Shown here one piece after another: positions 1 through 13,212 of a stretch of DNA of 64,000 nt. Source of the DNA: Octopus sinensis (taxonomy: Eukaryota); assembly GCF_006345805.1 (NCBI RefSeq), contig NC_042998.1:77934001-77998000 (forward strand), read 5' to 3'. Every line of letters starts with the position of its first letter. The first letter of the stretch is position 1. The position numbers were made by a program, and so were the translations under genes. The notes beneath the pieces were generated by a model. The model saw only the letters and a program-made list of their open reading frames with translations, did no database searches and was not told where the DNA came from.

Positions 1-811
1 ATAGTGATATTAGACCTCAGATGTTAGGACTGAATACTTTTGACGCAATCTCAGCAAATCAAGAAATCATTCCTTAGAAGTGTTCCATGTACTGAACATG
101 TAGATACTTTTTTGCAAATGGAAAACTCAAAAGATTTCCTTTTTGAAATCGAAGGAAGAAAACAGTCAATGACAAAAGTTAAGAGAAGATTAATGGTTCC
201 AAATCTGATGCAGAACTAGAAATAGTAAACACCTCTACTGAAACGAAGGTGTTCAATTTTACCTCATAACATGCATGTCTGAAAAGCTGTAAAGAGCGAA
301 GGAACTTAACACAGTGCGAAAATCTCATCACAAAAGTATCGTGTCATTATGCCATGGTTTTCAGATACTTATATCATTATAATTTTTATTTAAGAAACTA
401 TTTCTTCATATATTGTGAGTGCCCAAATAATATTTTACAAAATTTTATACTCATACACACACACACACACACACGCACGCACGTAATCTCTCCCCCCGTC
501 TCTCTCTCTCTCTCTCTCTCTCTCACTCACACACACATACGTGGTCTGATCAATAAGTATCCGAACTAGACTACTGCGATGCTTCTAAAATATAACACCA
601 AATAATCTAACGGTATTCATTCTTTCTATCCACAGTGAGAAGATTTTGCCTTATATAATGACTTAATTACAGCGATTATAATGTTTAGGCTTAATTGAAA
701 TAGCTGTAGGAGAATGTGTCTGATTTTTGCAGATAATAAGATTTTATTAAATGCTATATCTCCATTTTCTTAATTTTCTTTTGAATAATTATAAACTATG
801 GCTTATATATA

Positions 812-812
812 A

Positions 813-871
<59 letters not shown>

Positions 872-948
872 CCATCACCATCACCATCACCATCACCACC
901 ACCACCACCACCACAACCACCACCACCACCACCACCACCACCACCACC
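812..948. repeat. Compound trinucleotide microsatellite (CAT)n-(CACCAT)n-(CAC)n
   Basis: Directly visible; explains the poly-I/T/D/G ORFs at 751-1016. Confidence 0.97.
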
Positions 949-968
949 TCCAATATATATATATATAT

Positions 969-1311
969 AATGAAAAAAGGGTAATAACATAGATTACTAC
1001 CAGTGGCCCAGCACAAAAGACGAATTAGTCATTAGACAAAATATTATTTATATAGAAATATAATTAAGGGCTCCCAAATAAGGATGCCAAGTGCTAGGGA
1101 CACCAAAAAAAGGGATAAATTCATCGAAAGTGAAGATCAAAAATTTAATTTACCATTAACGATATATCCCGGACTGATCAGTTTCTACCTCTTTCTAGCA
1201 AAACAGACAGAATATGTTTGCTAAGGCCGGTTTCATCAGCGAGACGCTTTTGTTAGTTCGAGATGCACAGAGCGTTAGACCATGTGTTGATCTAAACAAT
1301 TTGTAAATCTT
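969..1311 (-). mobile_element. Small hammerhead-bearing element (Penelope-like pLTR/retrozyme-like) between (TA)n tracts
   Basis: About 340 bp bounded by TA runs (951-968, 1311-1324) and containing a hammerhead core on the minus strand. The boundaries are inferred. Confidence 0.5.
1166..1245 (-). ncRNA. Type I hammerhead ribozyme with extended stem II
   Basis: Minus strand reads gtctcg CTGATGA aacc..tagcaaac..gttttgcta..ggta GAAAC TGATCA GTC cgggat. Stem I gtctcg/cgggat pairs (2 G-U), stem III is the palindrome ACTGATCAGT, and the cleavage triplet is GUC. The first pair of stem II is an A-A mismatch. Confidence 0.7.
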
Positions 1312-1705
1312 ATATATATATATAATGGATATCTCATAAAACTATTCCGCACTTACAATGACAGCCATAAAATCAATCCAACACACCTATCAGCTGCCCC
1401 ACGGATATCACTATGGTTTTGATACCTGAGCTGTACCATTCAATCTAGTGATGTCAACAGCACTAAAATAAGTGCTGTTTAGGAACAAACATACCTTAGA
1501 TATCACGACCTTCATTCAATCTTAATTCTAGGAAGCATTAAATACTAACATTATTAATTAAACTACAAAAATGAAACCACATTTACCCATGTACAAAAAA
1601 AATACCTGTAATTAATAATTGTTTAAGTAAACCTATATCTCCTAAATTATCTTGAAGTCCATACAGATAACATTCCCAACAGTCAGATTTATATATATAT
1701 ATATA

Positions 1706-1738
<33 letters not shown>

Positions 1739-1739
1739 A

Positions 1740-1860
1740 CAGTAATACCTCACTTTGCGATGGCCCAATTTACGAGGCCCCGGGTTTACGAGATTTTACG
1801 AGTTTTAGCTTCTGAGCGTTGTCCGAGAGCAAATTAACTCGTATATCGAGACATTACACT
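1740..1860. mobile_element. Tigger/pogo-like MITE remnant
   Basis: Imperfect TIRs: cagtaatacctcactttgcg ... cgtatatcgagacattac; they resemble the CAGTAAT-CCTCG ends at 36844/37471. Confidence 0.55.
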
Positions 1861-2289
1861 ACCCCCCCCCCCACACACACACATACACACATATACATAT
1901 ATATGGGTATACCTTCCAAATAACAAACTCGGATATTTTTTTCTTTCAGCCTCGCATAAGCTTCTATAAAAGATATTTAAGCGAATTACCGTTTTGTCAA
2001 ATTCATGGTCTTTCAGTGAGACAGGTCATCTGTTACCTTAGTCAATGCGTGTCCTATATGATGCACTTCATTAATGTTTTCCAATGTTATTTATTAATTT
2101 CACTTTAATTTAGTCTCCATTGTATTCCATTCTACTGGATTGTTGTTACTGATATTTCCACTACACTTCTTCCAAAAGCTTTTCTACGTAAAATTGTCTC
2201 AGGGATTGTACTTAACTATATTTTTGAATTGCTTACTATCGATTGCACATATTTGGGAGCTTGTAAGTAGTTTATTATCTTTAACAATG

Positions 2290-3400
2290 CGATCCCAGTA
2301 TTCATTCAGTTGACGGGTTAACTGACATCTGATTGTTCAAAGAAGATTTCAGAAGTATCTAGTGGCGAACTCTCTTGAAAATGGACAAAATTTGCCATTT
2401 CGGTGTTATGAAGTAGCCGAAGAATAACGGGTTAGATCCCAAGGGTATTCATGCTAATATGGTTGCTACATAAAGGGATGCTTTTCAAATGCTTTATCAA
2501 ATGAGCTAAACAGGTAACTGAATTTTGGAAGGGAAGGGAGTGTCTTGAGTTTTACCCAAGTACTGCCGCCACGGTGGAAAACATTGATCGTGTTCACCAT
2601 ATGCTGACTGAAGACAGGTGATTAACTACATATAGCCAACGTTATTAGCGCATCCCGTGAGAGAATTGAAAATATTCTGCACGATGAACTTGGCACGATC
2701 AAGGTTTCTGCTCGATAGCTGCCACGTCTTCTGACATTTGATCGAAAGCGCTCCAAGCTGATCACATCAAGAGAATATCTGATATTGTTTCCTTGAACAT
2801 TTTCATCGCTTTGAGTCAGAGACAAAGAAACAGACCATGCCATGGAAACACCCATCCTCTCCTGCTTCAAAGACGATTATGGTCATTTTATCTGCAGAGA
2901 ATGTGATGGCCTCAGATTTGGAGGATGTAAAAGGCATTCTGTTTATTGAATATCCCCAAAAAGGCCACACCATCAATGGAGAGAACTATGCCAATTTGCG
3001 GAGAAAGTTACGAAAAGATATCAAGGCCAAGCGCTCAGGAAAACTAAAGAAAGGGGTCTTGTTTTATTAGGACAATGCTCCAGCACACAAATCCTTAGTT
3101 TCAATGGCTGCTGTAGTTGATCACCCTTCCTATTCTCTTTATTTGATCCCATCTGATTATCATTCGTTCCCCAACATGAAAAAGGACTTGGTGGAAACCA
3201 GTATCGCTGTGGTCGTGACATCATATCTGCTGTTCATATTTTTTTTACTAACAAGTTGAAAGCTACTAAACCGATAGGATCCATGCGCTGCGACAACGAT
3301 GGAAGACGTGAGTCGACTGCAAGGGGGACTATGTTGAAAAGTAAATCTCATTTGGTCCCAATCCGTGAGAATATTTTGATCAGCCTATTAACTTTTCAGG
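2290..3400 (+). mobile_element. Mariner (irritans/Himar1-like) transposase pseudogene
   Basis: Frame-disrupted peptides follow the Himar1 motif order: MDKICHFGVMK; KVSAR*LPRLLTFD (WVPR motif); SAENVMAS..GILFIEYPQKGHTINGENY..KKGVLFY*DNAPAHKS; HPSYS..PSDY (YSPDL-like); KGDYVEK*. Confidence 0.9.
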
Positions 3401-3479
3401 AGGGACAGGGCATAAATTTTGCGGGTAGCTTGAAATTTATGCGATTTATGTATCATGTTGCATAATATAGGTGCGGTGA

Positions 3480-4270
3480 CCATTAGAAGAGTATCTAAAT
3501 TATAAATTTTCCCTGTCAAGTGTTATAGTGAGTTGGTGAGTTAGGAATGGATCAAAGAGCTGTAGGGACAGAATCGAGTGATGATTTCGGAAATTGAATG
3601 GTTCATTTAGAAATAGTACTAAGATTGCTCTGATCCGTTCCTTTGATGCCACAGTGAGAAAGAGGCATTTGCCTTTCTTATGCTGGTAATTTTTTCCTGT
3701 TCCGTACCTTAATAATCTTGAAATATCTCTTCTTTTTGTAAGATACTATTATATCTATATATTATTCTCCATTTAATGCGAGCTTTTTCTTTCTACATTT
3801 CAAAATTTCTCTAGCCGTTTTCCATTCTTTCTATTCTAAGGATGATTATCGTGTTTTTATCTCTAGGGACAGCTAAGTTTCCATATAGATTTTCAATGAA
3901 AAAAAATTATGGTTTTTCAAATTACAATGTTCAGCATTCTCTGATTTTGAACACCATCATTCCTAACATAAATTCTGCGAGAACGGCGCTTGTAATTTTT
4001 CCAACGGAAAAATTGCCCCGCAGGCTAACGAATTATTCACAGCTGGAACGACTCCTTCCAAACTGCGGTACACATTATAGATACACAAGCTGAAATATTG
4101 AAATAGTTCAAAAGCTTAGTCATTGGTATAACACAATACCATCGACAAGAAAAGAACTTCGAACCTCTCAGCTACCTACTTCTATTCGTTACAATGACTC
4201 ATACAAAATACCCATGCTTGTCATCCTTTTGCTGATAGTTTTAGGCTTGTGCTATTCATAATCTCAAAAT
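3480..4270 (-). mobile_element. Possible highly decayed CR1-type LINE RT fragment
   Basis: Only faint minus-strand motif remnants (VPQ near 4070, FAD-like near 3980, 3' QLF-like near 3560). Confidence 0.3.
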
Positions 4271-4303
4271 AGTCTTCTTTTATCTTCTAGTATCATCTAA
4301 TTA

Positions 4304-4453
4304 TTGGTTTCATGTTTTAGCAAAGGTCAGCAATTTGGGGGAGGGGGAAGTCGATTACATCAACCCTACTACTCAGATGAAAAGCAAAGTCGACCTCGGC
4401 GGTATTTGAGCTCAGAAAGACCTACGAAATACTGCAAAGTATTTTGTCTGGCT
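4304..4453 (-). mobile_element. SINE family B (tRNA-derived), internally deleted, with 16-bp TSD
   Basis: Matches the other family B copies (aaagtcgacctcggcgg..tttgagctcagaa). Flanked by the exact repeat tagtatcatctaatta at 4288-4303 and 4454-4469. Confidence 0.85.
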
Positions 4454-5282
4454 TAGTATCATCTAATTAATGCATCAAATTTTGTACTACTCCGAATAAT
4501 TTACCCCTTTTTGTTAGTTGTCCTATATATATATATTAGTTGTATTAATGAAGAACATGGTTGCTAACACAAACGTTACCATCACGTGAATTACATCCAT
4601 ATAACAAACATGAGCGACTCTATTTCTTCTGTACACCTATATATTTCTATAGTTTAAATACACGTATTCAATGTCGGTCACATTCCCCATGTCTTTGTTT
4701 TTAACATTTCTACAATGGTTCCTGAAATTGACGTCACAATTTATCCGCTGATTTTGTTTTTTTTATATAAGCCGTTAAAGATTTCAATCGATAGCAATTT
4801 ATATTTGAACTGTGTACGCTTCATTTGTTTTATCTTTTGCAGTTTCTCTTTCAAATGTTCTATTTTCTATTTTCTCCATATGCATCATTTTTGCAGACAT
4901 ATTTTGCATTATGGCTTTCACATTCCACTCATTGTCTATCCCTGAACCGTTGAATATTTTATGATTTCTCAATCATCAAATTTCACCTTTGCTGCTAAGT
5001 TGAACGTTGTATTTTCTGTTTGTCTTTTCATAGAACAATATTATTTCCTAATCTTTTTTTGTCACGCATTTCTTCTGTATTCACACATTTTACTTGGCAT
5101 AAAAAATTCAACTCTAACTTTGAACCCTTCACACTATTTCCACCATTCATCATTTTCATATATAAATATTCATCACTTGAATTTTATCTATTGTTTTCTT
5201 TTTACTCTACAGAACATTCTTTGAAAGGATTCTCTTAATTATTTTCAACACAGTAACATCAAATTTTCTTAACGTACTCTGC

Positions 5283-5525
5283 ATGTGTGTGTGTGTATAT
5301 ATATATATATAGGTATGTATGTATGTATGTATGTATGTATGTATGTATGTATGTATGTATGTATGTATGTATGCATGCATGTATGTATGTATACACATAC
5401 GCGTAAACACACAAACGCACTTATGTATGTGTTCATGAATATATATGTACATATATATGTATGTATGTATATATGTATGTACGTATGCATGTATGTACAT
5501 ACGTATGTATGTACGTGTATGTATA
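5283..5525. repeat. (TG)/(TA)/(TATG)n microsatellite cluster
   Basis: Directly visible. Confidence 0.95.
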
Positions 5526-6225
5526 CATTGCTTCGTACTGCTATTCAGTTTTATGATGAGTGAATTTGTAAATCACAGTTTTGTTATACAATTTTAAGAA
5601 TTTCTTTTTAAGCTTTCTCAAGATACCTTTATTATTTGGATTGTTTCTGCTTTCAATTCTTACATTTTTGATACCTCTATCACTTGATAGTTTTTATAAG
5701 TAATATGCAATTAAAACTTACCTTTTCTTTTGGTCTTTCGCAACAACTTCTGGAGAATTAACCTTCCACTTTGTGTGAATAATCTCATAAAAAGAACATT
5801 ATGTACGTGATCTGTTATAAAACTTTTGTGATTAAAGTTCGTACTACTTCTTATGGTTTTTTCTCATAACCACTATATAGTTCCAGACTATGAAACCATA
5901 AATTCTAGCGTGTCTGTTTTATTTTCTGTTCTCTAAGTTCAGGCAGCTAGAAGCTGTAGGCTATTTATATGTTCACACTCTTTCCACATTCTGCAATTAT
6001 TAAAACTTAAACTTTAACTCCTCAGATAATTTTTGTGATGAATTTGGTTTTGGTAGTAACATTAAACGGCATTTGTAAATATGCTTTGAATTCGTTTGCA
6101 GTGATAATCATTTTTTACTGCAGTAAAAGTAACAAAAACTTAGAGAAACCACAAAATCACTAATCGGACTCATAAAACAAGCTTGCCTCACAAAAAGTAA
6201 CGGCATTATGATATGCAACAAAAAA

Positions 6226-6440
6226 GGCGACGAGTTGGCTGAATCGTTAGCACGCCGGGCACTATGCTTAGTAGTGTTTCATCCGTCTACACGTTTTCAG
6301 TTTAAATTCAGCCGAGATCAACATTCCTTTTCTTTCTTTCGATATCTATAAAATAAGGACCAGTTGAGAAATGGGATTGATGTAACCGACTTAACCCTTT
6401 CCGCAAAACTGCTGGCTTTGTGCCAAAATTTGAAACCAAC
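6226..6440 (+). mobile_element. SINE family B, near full length
   Basis: Head ggcgacgagttggctgaatcgttagc (A-box-like), a central ccttttc..tttcg..ataaaataag.accag domain, and tail gtgccaaaatttgaaacc shared with other copies. Confidence 0.85.
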
Positions 6441-6819
6441 AGTATTTGCATCAATACGGTAATGACCAGGGCAATGTGTTGATAGAGTATTCAACGACAT
6501 AAACATAGCCAGTACTTAAGCAAACGAAAACAACGTTAAGCAAATAACAAATTAATGACGATAATAACTACATATAAGCGAAAGAGGCAGTAAGAGTATG
6601 AATGCAAATGCATATCACAAATGTTTCTCCGCGTCGCTTAACAAAATATGTATTACTTAAGTTCAAGCATCGTAGTTGTACGCAAAAGAAAACCGATAAA
6701 ATAGGTACCAGAATTTTTATAAAAAGTAGGTGGCTCGACTTGATCGACTAAATTCTTCTAACGCAAGTATGGCACCAAATCAAATCATAGAAATAGGTAA
6801 GAGAAAGAATAAAAGAATC

Positions 6820-6970
6820 ATCATCGACGTAATGTCCACTTTCCATGCTTCCAAGACTGAACGGAATTCTCTAATGTAAATTTTCTACGATCGGGTGCCC
6901 TTCCTGACGCCGAAGTTCACCAGTTCAGTTTCGAGCAACGTAATATTTTACACATGACCAGACATGTTTT
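6820..6970 (-). mobile_element. SINE/RTE-type 3' tail fragment
   Basis: catcatc..gtccactttccatgct..tttctacg..tgcccttcctg.cgcc resembles RTE-derived SINE tails; recognised from memory only. Confidence 0.45.
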
Positions 6971-7089
6971 TCTTTTAGAATATTGTAATTAAAAGCACTG
7001 CTTGACAAAACAATTATTTACAACAAACACACACATGCGCGCACTCAGACACACATACACATACACACAAACATATATTTTTTTCTGTT

Positions 7090-7285
7090 ACTCTTTTTAT
7101 TCTTTTACTTGTTTCAGTCATTTGACTGTGGCCATGCTGGAGCACCGCCTGTAGTCGAACAAATCGACCCCGGACCTGTTCTTTGCAAGCCTAGTACTAA
7201 TTGTGTCGGTGTCTATTGCCGAACCGGTGGATTACAGGGAGGTAAACACTCCAGCATCAGTTGTCAAGCGACGGTGGAGGGACAA
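7090..7285 (-). mobile_element. SINE family A, 3' half
   Basis: cttttacttgtttcagtcatttgactgtggccatgctggagcaccgcc matches the full copies at 20688, 36980 and 43390. Confidence 0.9.
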
Positions 7286-7535
7286 ATTTTGGGGGGTGGG
7301 GCAGTCGATTAGATCGACCCCAGTATGCAACTGATATTTAATTTATCGAACCCGAAAGGCAAAGTCGACATCGGCGGGATTTTATCTCAGAACGTAAAGA
7401 CAGACGTTTATATAATATATATAAAGTACCAGTTATAAATTAAGCACCAGTTGCGTTATGGGGACGATCTAACTGACTGGCCCCCCCGTTCCCCAAAATT
7501 TCGGGCCTTGTGCTTAGAGTAGGAAAGAATAATAA
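7286..7535. mobile_element. Two SINE family B fragments in opposite orientation (7286-7410 -, 7435-7535 +)
   Basis: Both share the accagttgc..ggg..gatctaa.cgact..ccc..cccaaaattt segment, one on each strand. Confidence 0.8.
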
Positions 7536-7747
7536 TACACGTACAGTTTCAACTCCACTTCTTTATTGTTATCCAATTGGTTAAATATTTTAGCAACTAA
7601 TAAATTTGCTTAATTTGCTGAGTAAACAAGCAATCGGTTGTTTGCTAGTGAAAGTTCTTTTGTCGCTGTTGGCGACCTTTTCAGTGATTTAGTGGCCGAT
7701 TGATTATTTAACCAGCAAACGATTGATTAATTGTTTAGATATACACA

Positions 7748-8530
7748 CGGGGTGCATTCCAGAATTTTGCAAATATATTTTAGGAGAGGCAATTATAACT
7801 GTTCTAAATAATTGTAAATTTTTCAATTTTAGTATAACATTTCTGTAAATCTAAAAAGCTGAGATGCTAACTTCTATTGTTCCAGATTGAAGAAGATGAA
7901 TGTAACATCCAATACCCACCTGTCACAGTTGACTAGTTTTCTGAATGCAGTCGGGACAGGAAGACTATAAAGTCGCTGTATAATAAAATCTTGTGTCAAA
8001 TTGGTCAAAAACTCTACAGAAACTTATGAAATACTCCAACCTGCTTATGGCTTAACTTGCATGAGCCAAGTATCTGTTTTATGCTGGCACAAGAGGTCAG
8101 GCAAAGCAAGTGCACCGGGATACTCATGATGCCCCTCTTTTTCAACAGCAAGGTCATCGTCTACATCCCCTCCATTCCTTCTAGCCAGATGGTCAACAAA
8201 GATCACTTTGTTGAGGGTTTGAGGGAGTTCAGGATAATGCACTAATCAAAAATTCCATTCTGGTAGCTTCACAGAGTTGGACCTCACAACTATTCCTCAC
8301 CCTCCTAATTATCCAAACCTTACTCTCTGTGGATTTTGGTTGTTCCCTAAACTGAAGAAGAACCTTAAGGAAAGTCATTCGTAAGACACTGAGAAAATGA
8401 ATGAGGCTATAACAAGTTCACATTGGAAGATTTCTATGGGAGCATTCACCAAGTGGTTGGAATGCTACAAGTGCAGAAAAATCTTAATTTGAAGATGAGA
8501 GAGTTGTATATCCTTGGAATGTATAACTGT
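7748..8530 (+). mobile_element. Mariner transposase remnant with large internal deletions
   Basis: Peptide remnants IKSCVKLVKNSTETYEILQPAYG (HTH N-terminus), VRQSK..MMPLFFNSKVIVY..QMVNKDHFVEGL, HPPNYPNLTLCGFWLFPKLKKNLK and AFTKWLECY; weak TIR match tgcattcca/tggaatgta. Confidence 0.85.
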
Positions 8531-8536
8531 CTCTCC

Positions 8537-8611
<75 letters not shown>

Positions 8612-9339
8612 TCGGACAGACAGCAGACAGATAGACAGAAGGAAGTCCCTGTTCATGTGGACAAGTCTCTGCGTAGATAAAACTGTACAAGTAACATGAA
8701 GCAGTGCAACAAAAGTTAAATACGAGCAATATGTTTCATTGAAGAATCAGTAGAAACTGAATTTAATGGCAGAAACCTTATAATGCATATATCTGCTCAC
8801 GTTCTCCGGATAAATTACTACTTTAAGATAATTATTTGGAACTGACTCGAGCTGATATATTTTTTAAATGTATATGTATATGGACGCATGTGTATGTGTG
8901 TATGTAGGCATGTTTAATCTCCAAAGCATAAAATCTCTGATTACATAAGTATAAACTATGAATGTGCATATTATATCCAACGAACAATGGCAATTGAACG
9001 CTAAGCCTTTCTCATCTCATTGCAATTGTATCCTCTTTAACTTCAGCTGTTCATCCACAGTTTGTATCCAAATCACAACTGTAAAATCGGCCATAGAATA
9101 ATGCATACATTTTTACTTCAGCTTTTCACTGAAGACAGCAATATTGATTTCCTTTGAAAAGAGTAAAGAATTATTTTTGTTTTTCATTTTCCATTTAGTT
9201 CACTTCGGTCAAGTTTTCAAAAGATTCACCAATGTGGAAGTTGCATTTTATTAAATTTCTTTTCCAAACACTGTTTATGCCAATGGTCATTGTTTTATGC
9301 GTCTTGTGTTAGACCTTTTTACAATGCCAAGTAAACATT

Positions 9340-10195
9340 ATACGGAGTGTATACGATACGTGTATATGAAGTGGAGGTTATTTTGGCAGAAAATCTTATT
9401 CGTAAACTTCGACTGTATAAATAGCCTCAGACATGTTTAATTGCTTCGAAAAGAGTCAATATATATAGCATAACTATTTAGCTTGCATCTGGTTATTTGA
9501 CCTGGAAAAAAATCAATTTAGAACGTAAAGAGATGTACCTAAATTTCGCACGATATCTTCTCCAACATTTTATTGATTCTCCAAGTGAACGTAACCTACA
9601 TTGAATCATTGTTTTTGCCACCCATCTGGCAAGGAGCCTGAGAGAGTAATTAGTACTATACTTTACACTCAATCGTAAATAAAATAATTTCCTTCTTCGA
9701 TCAGAAATAGGAAAGGCATCGAATATGATTGTCAAGATGAAATGCCTTAGTGAACGTTTTAGTTTACATGACAATTTGCTGTCGCAGTTTAACAGAGGAA
9801 AAGGATACATTATGTAGTTTTCACATTAGACAACATTACGAAGTATTTAGAACTAGTTTCTTAAAACGACAGCTTATTTCTCCATCTTTTACATTTTTCC
9901 ATTAGTACAATAATGTTATCAGAGCGGGTCTCTCGTTTCGCCATGCAATACACTGCCAAATGGGGCAGGAAATCTCAGGCCGCGATAGCAAAGGGTGTCT
10001 TCGATATTGCACACATATTGCGCCGGGAAACTTTTACTCCTGTGAAGATTTCTAAACTTTCTTTAAATGTTGTATTTCACCGGTTGCATGACTGAATTTT
10101 AGTTATAGATCCTGCATTAAATTCGTGACATAGAGTGCGTGGCATAAATAACCCCTCTTCAAGTCTAAGCCCTTTTGATCTCTTTCTGAAATAGT
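9340..10195 (+). mobile_element. Possible ancient Tc1/mariner-type remnant
   Basis: About 10153-10195 translates PSSSLSPFDLFLK*L, similar to the PRSPDLxPxDFFLWGYL motif. The rest is unrecognisable and the extent is a guess. Confidence 0.3.
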
Positions 10196-10519
10196 TAGAT
10201 AAATAGACGGACAGATAGACAGACAAACAAGTAGTTAGCGAGATGGAGAGAGAGGGGGGATAGGGGATTTAGTTATTAACTTTACTTATTGAACCTGAAG
10301 TTATGATGAACAAAGTTGAACCCGGTGCGATTTGAACTCAGATAGCAGACGACCAGAATGAATTCTATACATACTATCGAAACATTAACGAGCCTACCAA
10401 TTTGTCTATGGTGGTAGTTTTGTAGTCCAAGACAAGCGGTAAGATGGTTGTGCAATTTCTTGCTGAGCAACCTGCATAAATCATTTGTTTATAGAAATCA
10501 AATATATTAGCTCGCTCCC

Positions 10520-10702
10520 TTCATCAAATCGACGTTACCTTAACAGGTGCCTACGCGTGCCTCATGCCAGGTGTCTAAGTGCTATCAGAGCAACACGAGA
10601 TTAAGTTTTTTTGCTCAAGAACATAACATATCGCCTGGTTCAGGACTGGAAATTACCATCTTGCTATCCTAAATACAGGACACTAACGAGTAGGCGCTGC
10701 GC
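10520..10702 (-). mobile_element. SINE family C (tRNA-derived head)
   Basis: Homologous to 61025-61205: atcaaatcgac.ttac..cagagcaac..ttgctcaa.aaca.aac..atcgcctggt. Confidence 0.75.
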
Positions 10703-11337
10703 CGAGACCGATTTGTTTGTAGACACACACATCCGTAATAAATATATCAAAACAGGAGTTTGAAACAAATACATTTTCGCATCATTTATTCACTATTATA
10801 AGTGTTGTGTTTCATTTGCTAATAGGAGTTACAAAATTGCACATGTCGAAGAAACATGTAAGATATCTCCTATTAGAAATACTTCAGACAGTACTCTGCA
10901 AAAAATAGCTTCCAGTATTTTTCAACTCTCATGCATACCTCACACATATAAAATGACGTTTCCATACAACTTTGAGGTAGTGGATTAAGCAGGTGTGCTT
11001 CAACAGCACAGAGCGTGGATTATAACCCTATCTGCAAAAGATACACACATATTTATATATATTTATATATTTTTAGATGCGTGTATGCGTTACTTCTTTT
11101 GTCTCAGGAAAACATCATTTAGACAATTTATTACAACCTGTTACATTCATGTTACAAACTATTTCTTATTTCTCAAGTAGGGAATATTTTATTTCAAAAA
11201 TTATCGAAGGCTCAATCGAAGGGACAGGAGGAATGACAACGCTGTTACCACAGGAGAACCGTAAATATAAACTTACAGAAGCCAGTTTCTTCCCCAGCCA
11301 CCTCGCACACAAAGCCATACTCCTACTACACATACTA

Positions 11338-11387
<50 letters not shown>

Positions 11388-12637
11388 ATATATATATGAC
11401 TTTCAGTTTCCATCTTCCATATCTACTACCAAAACTTTGGTCAACCAGAGGCTATATAATGGAAGACAAACATTGAAAACGAATATGAAACTACACGTTT
11501 GGAAACTTTGCTACGTGCTTGTATGAACATGTATGTGGTTATTTTGTTATGCACATATATGTATCTGTGTGTATGAGCTAGTCTGATCTCATACAGACAC
11601 CCAATCCTTATATTATGAATATCACTAAAGACTGGATTTTGGATACATCCGTGTCACTTTTCTAGAATTATATTACCTGTTAATTCTGTCACCACCTTCA
11701 TTATATCGGTTACTTTTTGGAGTATAACTAGCTCGAATGTTTCAAATCTATAGCATAAAAAACTGATTTCATTGCCTTTATATAAAGAACCTGCAATAGG
11801 TGGATTGTCACATAATTCAATGAATCATGTTTTTTTATTGTTACTACTTAAATATAATTTATTATCTTCCACGAATTCAACTCTAATCTTATTGCATTTT
11901 AGTTACCTATCTCATGTTAACATCATCGCAATTTTACAAGCATATCCTGAAAGTGACATGCAATATTTTTTCATGTTTAATTACACGGCAAGTTGTCACT
12001 GTATAACGATAAACCTTTCTTTCTGTAGTAGTTAACACTTATATAATCGATATTTGTTGCATATGCGTTTATACAGTATGCATTTATATAAATTATATTC
12101 TTTTATTTGTTTGTTGATATTGTTTTAATAAAATATTTTCTATAAAGGCATTTGAGTGTTTTACTACATTTCCTTTCTGTCCTAGATGCCGTTTTATTTA
12201 TTTATCTTTTTCAATGTCAGTACACAATCTTTTTCACAACGTATCCTTTTTGTTTTCCCCTCATAGCTCTTTGCTTTCTCTGAACGCTTTGCTTAAAACA
12301 TATCGCTAACGTGCATTAAATGCGTGCGTGCATGTCTGTATGCGCACGTGTGTTTATGTAGGCATAATGCATGTTTTAAAATTATTCCTCATGTTATTCT
12401 GTTTATACTCTCTTGTTGGAGAGTTTTAGATGTTTTACATCCTAAACTTTTACAGAGCCAAGTATTATTCGTTACACTTATCTACATATGTTTAGAAACG
12501 TGTTTCCGCATGTGTAACGAGTAGGCTCTGCGCCGAGACCAATTTGTTTGTAGACACACACATCCGTAATAAATATATCAAAACAGGAGATTGAAACAAA
12601 TACATTTTGGCATCATTTATTCACCATTACAACTGTT
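10684..12637 (+). repeat. About 120-bp direct repeat pair (10684-10806 and 12515-12637)
   Basis: taacgagtaggc.ctgcgccgagacc.atttgtttgtagacacacacatccgtaataaatatatcaaaacaggag.ttgaaacaaatacatttt.gcatcatttattcac occurs twice with few mismatches. Confidence 0.95.
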
Positions 12638-12999
12638 TCATTGAGGCATTTGCAATTCAAGCCAGTGATATAAAGCAATATTTTTATCTACATAAGTGAA
12701 AATAAATTCAAATATAATTTTTCATATGTGAATGTGTGTGTGTATATATTTTTCTGTGTGTGTCGCAATGTCCATATAGTGCATACGTAGCTACAGTGTA
12801 TTAGTGAATTGTGACATTCTACATTCATACTAAGTGTGAAATAAAGTTTTTCAGAGAATTCTTTCTTTGTTGCTCAAAACATATAAATGACAGAAAACAA
12901 AACTCCTGTAACGCAAATTTTACAATAAGAATATCTCTCACGGACGACATATTTTGAATAATGCCTTGTGAATAGATTTAAGACTCTTCATATCTTTCG

Positions 13000-13195
13000 A
13001 TGTGTGCCTTTGTGTCTGCGCTTGTCCACCCTACTCATTCACCGCTTTAGAACCGGTGATAATGTGCCCACGTCTCCATAACTTAGCGATCCAGCAAATA
13101 AGGCCGATAGAATAGGTACTAGAATTTAAAAAATAGATAATGGATCGATTCATCCGACTATAATTCTTCAAGGTATGCAAATGCATGACCACCGC
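13000..13195 (+). mobile_element. Degenerate SINE family A, 3' half
   Basis: ataacttagcgat..ccgatagaataggtact..gattcatccgacta..ttcaagg..gcatgaccaccgcag. Confidence 0.65.
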
Positions 13196-13212
13196 AGAGA
13201 AAATATGTATAT

